A stretch of 64,000 nt of DNA from Yuukianura sp. NJ FZ-2021 (lineage: Eukaryota): positions 3,286,001 to 3,350,000 of the forward strand of contig CM102289.1 of the NCBI GenBank assembly GCA_046563655.1, read 5' to 3'. Shown piece by piece: positions 47,957 to 55,299 of the stretch (within the stretch, counting starts at the first letter, position 1; each line of letters starts with the position of its first letter). Below the pieces are notes generated by a model. It saw nothing but the letters and a program-made list of their open reading frames with translations, ran no database searches and was not told the DNA's origin. Both the position numbers and the translations under genes were made by a program.

Positions 47957-48140
47957 TCGTTTCTGTTGAAAAACGTTTCGAGTTGTTCGTTTAATCCTTT
48001 TTCCAAGAAATTTAAGTTGTTGGAATTGCTAAATATAGAAAAAAGGGTCGTTTCTGTTGAAAAACGTTTCGAGTTGTTCGTTTAATCCTTTTTCCAAGAA
48101 ATTTAAGTTGTTGGAATTGCTAAAAATAGAAAAAAGGGTC
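47957..48140 (+). repeat. Tandem direct repeat, 91-bp unit x2
   Basis: TCGTTTCTGTTGAAAAACGTTTCGAG...AAAAAGGG starts at 47957 and 48048; one mismatch. Confidence 0.9.
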
Positions 48141-48255
48141 AAACTTCTACCTGAAAATTTGGGATAAAAAGGCTGCTCGTTTGCTCAACAAACCATCAGT
48201 CTCATTTCAGCTTCAGTTGAAACTTCTCCTCAAAAACTACTCCTCAAGTACTACA

Positions 48256-48672
48256 ATGGTTGAAGCATACGCTGCAGGATTCGTGAGCAAGACTCTTGAA
48301 GATCGTGTCAAATGCTGGTGGAAGGTAGAAGATGGAGAATACAAAGTCTTTATCAAGAAGGATCGCTACTACACAACAATCGAAATGAAGGAAATTCCAT
48401 TTCTGGTTTCAAAGCTGATTCTCTTCTTTCTCTCGACGGGAAATCCAATAAGCGAGCTACCCAACTTTGAACTATTGCTGTTGGAATGTAAGGAGCGCTA
48501 CGCTGATAAGGGTCAACAAGCAAAGAAGCCGAAAATGGACATTGTGGCTGAAGCGATGAGCAAAGCTGTCTGGAACCGTAAATCTCTCAAGCCCCGCTTG
48601 AATACAATTCCTGAAGAAGACTCTGACGAAGTCGAGGGAAAATACTGGATCGCCGAAGATACTAAATTTTAA
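48256..48672 (+). CDS. Polinton hypothetical protein (138 aa), paralogous motif to ORF 46918
   Basis: First ATG after TATA-like/TCAGT is at 48256; contains KEIPFLVSKL...G...ELPNFE. Confidence 0.7.
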   Translation: MVEAYAAGFVSKTLEDRVKCWWKVEDGEYKVFIKKDRYYTTIEMKEIPFLVSKLILFFLSTGNPISELPNFELLLLECKERYADKGQQAKKPKMDIVAEAMSKAVWNRKSLKPRLNTIPEEDSDEVEGKYWIAEDTKF

Positions 48673-48806
48673 GCAATTTTAAATATTTCTGTTTTGTAAA
48701 AAATTGATAGTTTTAAGAATTCTAAAAAAATAAATTTTTGACTTCCACCAAAAGGTATTTAAACGCTCGTTCTTCATTTTAAATGTTTAGTCTAAAACTA
48801 GCAGCC

Positions 48807-49508
48807 ATGGGAGACTTTTACGTGACTCTGCAGAGTGATTCTTCGTCAAATCATTATCCAGAGAACACAATTACAAATTTTAGAAATCATTTTGCAGAGA
48901 CAATTCGATTAGAAGGTGTAAAGTACGAGGTGGCGCTCGTGGAGTGTACATATGTTCATCATGAATATTTGCTACATAAAGAAGGATGGCTTAGACAAGT
49001 TGATAATTCTTATTTTAATTTGGGTATAATAAACTCGGGTGATGTTACCTTGATTCGTACTGCAGAGGAACTTGCACAACGTATATCTGACAATCTCGTG
49101 GAAGTTGAAATTAAAAACTCGAAAGCTAGTTTTAAAAAGAAACCTGCAAACACAGTTGTCAAGCTTAATGAGGAGGCAGCTAGAATTCTCGGATATGATG
49201 AGGGAAAACAGAGCTTTGAGTACGAGGTTTTTGAGCCGAGTGGACACACACAACTTTTCATTTACTGTAGTATAATTGAAAACCAACGCGTCGGCGGTGA
49301 CCTTGCCCCACTATTGAGAAAAATTTCAAATACGGGCGAACACAAGAAGGTCGTGACCCGATCATTTCAACATCTTCAATACGTGGACGTTGTATTTGAT
49401 GATATTGATCATATTTGGATGTACATCATGACTGAATCTGGCGATCCACCATTATTCACGGTTGGAACTTTTTCTGCCACTCTACACTTTCGACGGAAGC
49501 GATACTGA
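48807..49508 (+). CDS. Minor capsid protein (penton-like, Polinton PX)
   Basis: FYVTLQSDSS..YPENT..NF...IRL...YEVAL N-terminus, LFIYCSII...VGG..APLLR, and TLHFR C-terminus match the Polinton minor capsid pattern as recalled. Alternative ATG at 48783. Confidence 0.8.
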   Translation: MGDFYVTLQSDSSSNHYPENTITNFRNHFAETIRLEGVKYEVALVECTYVHHEYLLHKEGWLRQVDNSYFNLGIINSGDVTLIRTAEELAQRISDNLVEVEIKNSKASFKKKPANTVVKLNEEAARILGYDEGKQSFEYEVFEPSGHTQLFIYCSIIENQRVGGDLAPLLRKISNTGEHKKVVTRSFQHLQYVDVVFDDIDHIWMYIMTESGDPPLFTVGTFSATLHFRRKRY

Positions 49509-49573
49509 GGAGTATAAAAACAGCGCTCAAAAAAATTATCAATCATTAACTTTTCAAACGTCAAACTGTCAAC

Positions 49574-50002
49574 ATGTACAAATGCAACTTGAGCGAGGAC
49601 GATTTCTTTAGAATTTATAATCCCCAGCGTGGAGGAGCTGTTGGCTCGGACGGAGCCGTATTCTTCAAAGCCAATCAGTTTCGTCAGCGTGGTCATGGAA
49701 TTGGCGGGATCTTTGGTTCAATTTTTCGAAAAGTTTTACCATATGTGACCAAATATTTAATGCCTCATGCTAAAACTGCCGTTGCTGGTATAGCTTCTGA
49801 TGTGATTGGCGGGAAAAAATCTGTGAAAGAGGCTATTTCTGAACACGGCTCAACCGCTTGGAAGGGAGTACTTAAAGGCGTTGCAGACGGGATTCTTTCT
49901 ACTCAGTCTGGATCTGGACGTTCAAGGAAGAGGAAGCAAAAACGGAAAGCAAGAGCCGCTCCCAAGAAAAAGAAGCCAAGAAATATATTTGAAGAACAAT
50001 GA
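49574..50002 (+). CDS. Putative virion core / membrane-active protein with protease-cleavage-like Q-x-G-[G/x-G] sites
   Basis: QRGG, QRGHGIGGIFGSIFRKVLP amphipathic segment, QSGSG and a highly basic tail; lies between minor and major capsid genes. Confidence 0.7.
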   Translation: MYKCNLSEDDFFRIYNPQRGGAVGSDGAVFFKANQFRQRGHGIGGIFGSIFRKVLPYVTKYLMPHAKTAVAGIASDVIGGKKSVKEAISEHGSTAWKGVLKGVADGILSTQSGSGRSRKRKQKRKARAAPKKKKPRNIFEEQ

Positions 50003-51300
50003 GTTCCAAACACGCCCCTCACCCAGAAGTAGTTAGAAGTGAAACCGACATATTTAGTGAACCAGAAATGGACGTTAGTCTTCAAAGTAGTGGAATGTTT
50101 GAGTACCATCCATTGTCAGCATTAAATGAAAATGGAGGTCCAATTTCTTTTCAAATCAAAGGAAATGACGTTCACTATGTCGATTTAAGTGAAACTTTGT
50201 TATACGTCCGCTGCAATATTTCAAAAGCAAATAGTGATAAAATGGACGAGAGAGCCACCATGCGAATCGCTCCAGTCAACAACTTTTTACATTCCTTGTT
50301 TCAGCAGTGCTCTGTGTTTCTAAATGAAACACAAATTACTCCAACCATGTCACTCTATCCGTATCGGGCCTATATTGAGACTGTGCTTGCATATGGAGGA
50401 GATTACAAAGATACCCAAGCAGTTACTGCTCTTTACTTGAGAGAGGAAGAGAATTTGAGTGACACTGACACTTCCCACAAAAAGAGACAAGAATTAGCAG
50501 CCAAGGGCTTGGACATGATTGGACGACCGTTTGCTGACATCTTTGCACAAACTCGCTACTTGCTTCCTGGAATCGACATTAGAGTTACTTTCAACCGCTC
50601 CACCGAAGAATTTGCACTCCACTCTCAGGCAGACAATACAAATCGCTACAAAATCAATATTACTGAAGCCAGACTTTTAGTTAAAAAACATACTCTGTTA
50701 CCGAATATTTTGAATTGTCATTTGAAAATGTGGGCTAATGGACAGCCGGCATGCTACCCAATGAGACGGATTGAGATGAAAACGTACAGTTTACCCCTTG
50801 GCACTGTGTCAAATGTGAATGAAAACTTGATTAATGGACTACTTCCTGACAGAATTATACTTTGCCTAGTTCAAAGTGAAAAAATGAACGGAACTCTGAC
50901 TACAAATCCATTTGACTTTAATCCTCCAGAATTGAGACAAATTTCCGTCACAGCAAACGGAGAACAACTTTATCATCAGGTTTACCAGTACAACAGTGAT
51001 GGCGATGTTCGAGTTTCTGAAGCATACTATGGAATGTTTAGCGGTCTTGGACTGTGTGCTAGCAATGAAGGACCTGCTATTAGCCTTTCCGAGTTTACAA
51101 ATGGAAAGGCGTTTTTCATTTTTAACCTCAGAAACATGAATCAAGGCTACTGTCCCCCAAGACACGGAAGTATAAAAATCGTCGTTCAGTTTGCAAAACC
51201 TACCACTGAGGCTTGGAACGTTGTCTGTCACGCTGACTTTCAATCTACTCTGTATATTGACGAAGGAAAGAACGTGTTTTTCAAAGACTATTCACACTAA
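49999..51300 (+). CDS. Major capsid protein (double jelly-roll, Polinton PY / hexon-like)
   Basis: 433 aa, beta-rich; PVNNFLHSLF, YPYRAYIETVL, QTRYLLPGIDIRV, LPDRIILCLV and NPFDF match Polinton MCP as recalled; directly upstream of the protease. Confidence 0.88.
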   Translation: MSSKHAPHPEVVRSETDIFSEPEMDVSLQSSGMFEYHPLSALNENGGPISFQIKGNDVHYVDLSETLLYVRCNISKANSDKMDERATMRIAPVNNFLHSLFQQCSVFLNETQITPTMSLYPYRAYIETVLAYGGDYKDTQAVTALYLREEENLSDTDTSHKKRQELAAKGLDMIGRPFADIFAQTRYLLPGIDIRVTFNRSTEEFALHSQADNTNRYKINITEARLLVKKHTLLPNILNCHLKMWANGQPACYPMRRIEMKTYSLPLGTVSNVNENLINGLLPDRIILCLVQSEKMNGTLTTNPFDFNPPELRQISVTANGEQLYHQVYQYNSDGDVRVSEAYYGMFSGLGLCASNEGPAISLSEFTNGKAFFIFNLRNMNQGYCPPRHGSIKIVVQFAKPTTEAWNVVCHADFQSTLYIDEGKNVFFKDYSH

Positions 51301-51824
51301 TGGACACCACTCAAATTTACAAGTTTTTGTCAAATATGGCTCGCGGAACAAGAGCATATTTCAATGTCATTCCATGCGATCTACTCGGAAAGCTAACAAT
51401 CGCCCGCTTTCCAGCCTATTTGGTTGTAAATAACAAGCCTTCTGATCATCCTGGAGAACATTGGGTGGCAATCTACATTGGAGGCAGAACTGGACCAATC
51501 ATCTTCTTTTGCTCTTATGGACTTGGACTGGATTTTTACCCTATTGACTTTAGAAATTTTGTAAATAAGTTTTCTTGTAAAATTTTGGAAAATACTAGAC
51601 CATTGCAGGCTCTTGACTCTAATGTTTGTGGGCAATATGCAATCTACTTTTTGTATAAAATGATGCATGGCTGTTGTATTCTATCTACTTACTGTCACTT
51701 TTCTCCCAACAAACAATTAAATGATAAAAAAGTACGCAAATTTGTAATATTGAAAAATCCTTTATTGAATTCAAATTGTAAATTTAAACACAAAATAATA
51801 AATCAATGTTGTACAAAATTGTAA
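51300..51824 (+). CDS. Adenain-like (C5, clan CE) maturation cysteine protease
   Basis: VVNN.....PGEHWVA (His), FFCSYG, LQ....NVCGQYA (Gln, Cys); start overlaps the MCP stop (TAATG). Confidence 0.92.
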   Translation: MDTTQIYKFLSNMARGTRAYFNVIPCDLLGKLTIARFPAYLVVNNKPSDHPGEHWVAIYIGGRTGPIIFFCSYGLGLDFYPIDFRNFVNKFSCKILENTRPLQALDSNVCGQYAIYFLYKMMHGCCILSTYCHFSPNKQLNDKKVRKFVILKNPLLNSNCKFKHKIINQCCTKL

Positions 51825-51846
51825 ATTTTGTTGTTGTAATTTAAAC

Positions 51847-52503
51847 TTATTTCCAATTCGGTGGGGTCTTCCATTCGTCCAGAAAGCTGTCATCCACTCG
51901 AGCTCGTTTCCGAGATTTGCGTATGCTTTTTCGATTTTTTCCAGGAGTAGTCACGTCAGAGTCTTCTTCCGTAAAGAGATGGAGGTGTGTTTTGGGTAGG
52001 ATAGACAATGGAAATCTTTTTGAGGTTAAAAAGTTTTTTATAGGTTCGAGTTCATCCTTTGAAATTTTGCATCTTCCATTTGACAGTCTTTTAAGTATTG
52101 AATCAAATGTAGAAATTGGTAGTGATCCACCGTCAAAGTTTACAATTCCTGAGGCTAGTGTGGTTCCATTGTCAATAAAAAATTGCAAAAGATGAACTCC
52201 AAGTCTTGTACGACCACCAAAGTCAAATTTCTCAACTGGCGATGGACTGGGCGGGGTGTCCACTGATGACACGGACGGCTCAGGCACGGATTTAACAATA
52301 CTTTCTGTTTTTTCACGTTTTTTCTTTTCCGCCAATCGTCGTAAAACGTCTTGAAGTAACTTGTTTTGAATTTCTTCCGAATCTTTAATATTGAGCAACT
52401 GATTTTTTTCACTCTCGAGTCTGCCGATTTCAGTTGGTTTAGAAGTTTGAGTCATTAGGCGCTCAAAGTCTTCATCACTAATAACTTTGTATTTTGTAGG
52501 CAT
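51847..52503 (-). CDS. Polinton hypothetical protein, 218 aa
   Basis: Clean ORF (KYKVISDEDFERL N-terminus, coiled coil, basic Trp-containing C-terminus), 2 nt downstream of the pX-like gene. Confidence 0.7.
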   Translation of the reverse strand: MPTKYKVISDEDFERLMTQTSKPTEIGRLESEKNQLLNIKDSEEIQNKLLQDVLRRLAEKKKREKTESIVKSVPEPSVSSVDTPPSPSPVEKFDFGGRTRLGVHLLQFFIDNGTTLASGIVNFDGGSLPISTFDSILKRLSNGRCKISKDELEPIKNFLTSKRFPLSILPKTHLHLFTEEDSDVTTPGKNRKSIRKSRKRARVDDSFLDEWKTPPNWK

Positions 52504-52505
52504 GT

Positions 52506-52841
52506 TTATAAAAGTTTGCCTAAAAGTTCTCCTAATACTGGAATTGCTGCGCCAAGTAGCAACGGTAGAAATCCACCCTGTTGGACAAGAAGACGACGCT
52601 TATGATCTGCTTTTCCTCTGCGTGCAATCAGACGTCTGATGTGATCTTTGTGAGGAATGAGTCGTTTTATAGCTTTTGGTGGAATCACTAAACGTCCATT
52701 GTACACGTTGTGTGCACATTCGCAAATAGCTCGAATTTGTTCTGGACTCGCACTATTTAAATGCAAAGTTCGTTTCTTTTCAGAGCGAGAATTCAAGTTT
52801 TTGAGAAAATCAAGATGCTTGTTGATTTTGCTTCCGGCCAT
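52506..52841 (-). CDS. Adenovirus pX-like core protein precursor
   Basis: Basic body followed by QQGG|FLPLLLGAAIPVLG, resembling the adenoviral pX C-terminus (GG-[FI]LPLL cleavage site plus hydrophobic tail). Confidence 0.75.
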   Translation of the reverse strand: MAGSKINKHLDFLKNLNSRSEKKRTLHLNSASPEQIRAICECAHNVYNGRLVIPPKAIKRLIPHKDHIRRLIARRGKADHKRRLLVQQGGFLPLLLGAAIPVLGELLGKLL

Positions 52842-52906
52842 TTTGATTGCTAGAGACTGAATGATACAAATTGACATGTGCAGCGTCCTTTTATTTCATT
52901 TCCACC

Positions 52907-53927
52907 ATGGACACCGATCTGAAACAACGATGGTTAAACACTTTACTACCTGGAAGTTTTTCTGGAGCAATTGGGTTTCAAAAAGATTCAAACACTAAGG
53001 TGTCTCCACACCGCGTCGGGAAAATTTTGAAGCAAATCCCAAGTTATCAACTACATCGACCAGTTCGATATCGGTTTCCACGTCGGAGAGTTTACGTTGG
53101 AGGCATGCACGAACAGTATTGTGCAGACTTGAAGGACATTCAAAACATGTCGGGAGTCAATAATAAAAAAAGGTTAGGTTAGGTTGGGTTAGGTTAGGTT
53201 AGGTTAGGTTAGGTTACGTTGGGTTATGTGGGTTAGGGTTTTTAAAAACTCGAATTTGTTTTCTAGGTATTTGTTGGTGGTTATTGACGCTTTTTCAAAA
53301 CAAGGCTGGATCGAGGCAACTCCAAACAAGACAGGACCAGTAGTTCTTTCAGCATTTAAAAAAATTTTAGCGCGCAGTGGTGGAAAGCCAAAGAGAGTGC
53401 AAGTTGACAAAGGTTCTGAATTTCTTAATCAACACATGAAGACGTATCTGAAGCATGAAGACATCAAACTATTCTGGACACATTCTCCATTAAAATGTGT
53501 GATTGTGGAACGTTTCATCCGCACACTATTCATGAAAATTCAGCGCTACTTGACACATAACAGAACCAAAAAGTTTGTTGATAAATTGACAGATTTTGAA
53601 AATCTGTACAATCATGCATATCATCGAAGTATTAAAATGGCGCCGTGCAAAGTTACTGAAAGGAATGAGGATGAAGTACGACGCAACTTGTACCCGGAAG
53701 TTGCAGTGGACTATAAAAAGCCTAAACTCAACGTAAACGACCTCGTCCTTGTCGCCAGAATTAAAAAAACGTTTGAAAAGGGCTACTCAACAAACTATAT
53801 TGACGAAGTTTATCGAATTGTGAGAGTTATAGCAACTAATCCATACGTTTACAAGTTAGAAGACCTTGAGGGTACCCCTATTTTGGGTAGTTTTTATGAC
53901 AAGCAACTACTGAAATTGGATCAGTAA
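52907..53927 (+). CDS. Retroviral-like (rve, DDE) integrase, two exons (52907-53172, 53267-53927), 308 aa
   Basis: Splicing gives YCADL...NNKKR|YLLVVIDAFSK, QVDKGSEF and VERFIRT (D-D-E). ATG in CCACCATGG context. SH3-like C-terminus; no chromodomain seen. Confidence 0.93.
53173..53266 (+). repeat. 94-nt intron largely made of (TTAGG)n-type repeats
   Basis: AG|GTTAGGTTAGGTTGGGTTAGG... about 14 pentamers degenerating toward the 3' end, then TTTGTTTTCTAG|G; removal restores the integrase frame. Confidence 0.85.
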
Positions 53928-53951
53928 CTCTACAGAACTCGACCGGAAAAC

Positions 53952-54128
53952 ATGTGTTTTTTCAAACTTTGTGAATACTTTTTAACCAAGATGTTTGCAG
54001 GCAAAGAAGATCCCACCATCTCCGTCTGTGACGAAAACAAGATAAGCTGCATGTGCTGTTCAACCACCGCAAGACGAGGCTCAACCAAGAAACAACATAC
54101 TAAAACTATTTTAGTTACTGAATTGTAA
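53952..54128 (+). CDS. Small hypothetical protein, 58 aa (below ORF-track cutoff)
   Basis: MCFFKLCEYFLTKMFAGKEDPTISVCDENKISCMCCSTTARRGSTKKQHTKTILVTEL*; fills the gap between integrase and ATPase; AATAAA follows. Confidence 0.45.
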   Translation: MCFFKLCEYFLTKMFAGKEDPTISVCDENKISCMCCSTTARRGSTKKQHTKTILVTEL

Positions 54129-54199
54129 AATACACTTTATTTAAAAAAATTTTTGAATAAATCAACTCGAAATACAGAACATTTTGTTTTGAATTTTAT

Positions 54200-55081
54200 T
54201 TATTCATTGACATAAACATAACAATTTTCGGGAAAAATGCTACTTCTAATTCGATAGTCGTCCTTTTGTGATTGAGTCAGATCAATTAAAAGATAGCCGT
54301 AGGGCTTTGCCATGCTCTCCTTGTATGCCAAGTCCATTGTCGCGTTCTTTTTTCCTCCATTCATTTGTCGTCCAAGGCATGAAACAAAAGCAGAGTCTCG
54401 TGGATTCTTCATCAGGACCAAGTATTGACAGTTGAGTGTGATTTCTCTCAAGTTTTTATGGAAAAAGTTTTGAACCAGAATAATCAGAGACACATTTCTG
54501 TGATGAGAAGTTCTCGTGAAGGCTGCTCCAACCTCTCCCTTCTTCCCTGCTTCATGCATCAAGTCATCCAGAACCATAATTGACGGTCTGTCAGTACCAT
54601 CATGCCATTTCTCGGGCAGTCCATGAACAAACTGAATTCCAGGGATTTTTGTTTTTAGTTCTCCAAATAGCCCAGACTGCCATTCCGTGTAACAATAAGT
54701 TACATTTGCAATTCCACTTGAAGTTTTTACAACTTCGTTTCTTCGAATCAAAATTTCCTTGACAAGCGTGCTTTTGCCTGTGTTTGTCATTCCGCTCACA
54801 CACATTGTAAACGGTGCCACAAGTTGCAAGTCAATATCGTCTCCCGACCGTGGATGCTGAAGTAGAGTGGCGGCGGCGGTAAGGGCGGCGGCGGGGGCGG
54901 GGGCGGCGGCGGCGGTGGAACTCCCTCCATCGGTGGGGCCCGCCCCACCGCTGGCTGGAACCACCCAGGATGTGGCGGCGGTGGTGGGAGAGATGGAGAA
55001 ACATTTGAAACATGTCTTCTCGTGACGCTTTGCAACGTCAGAACGCGAAAATAATTTACCACAGCGAGAGGAGACCTGCAT
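54200..55081 (-). CDS. A32/FtsK-like DNA packaging ATPase
   Basis: PFTMCVSGMTNTGKS (Walker A), IMVLDD (Walker B), SHHRNVSLIILVQN and YGYLLID. Confidence 0.93.
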   Translation of the reverse strand: MQVSSRCGKLFSRSDVAKRHEKTCFKCFSISPTTAATSWVVPASGGAGPTDGGSSTAAAAPAPAAALTAAATLLQHPRSGDDIDLQLVAPFTMCVSGMTNTGKSTLVKEILIRRNEVVKTSSGIANVTYCYTEWQSGLFGELKTKIPGIQFVHGLPEKWHDGTDRPSIMVLDDLMHEAGKKGEVGAAFTRTSHHRNVSLIILVQNFFHKNLREITLNCQYLVLMKNPRDSAFVSCLGRQMNGGKKNATMDLAYKESMAKPYGYLLIDLTQSQKDDYRIRSSIFPENCYVYVNE

Positions 55082-55299
55082 GGTTCAAAGAACTAATGAC
55101 GACTAAAATCAATTTCAGAAATTTTTTCTTTATTTATATACAAATATTTTAATTTTAAATTAAAATTAAAATTAAATTAAAATTTAAATTAAAATAAAAT
55201 TAGAAACTAAAAAATAAAATTAACTTGAATAATTTAATAAATTAAATATTGAATATTTTAAAAAATATGTTAAAAATTAAAAAAATTTGCACAATTGTA

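Noticed and set aside
54796..55062. Poly-proline ORF overlapping the ATPase
   Set aside because: Alternative-frame reading of the GCC-rich tract with no ATG start or independent support.
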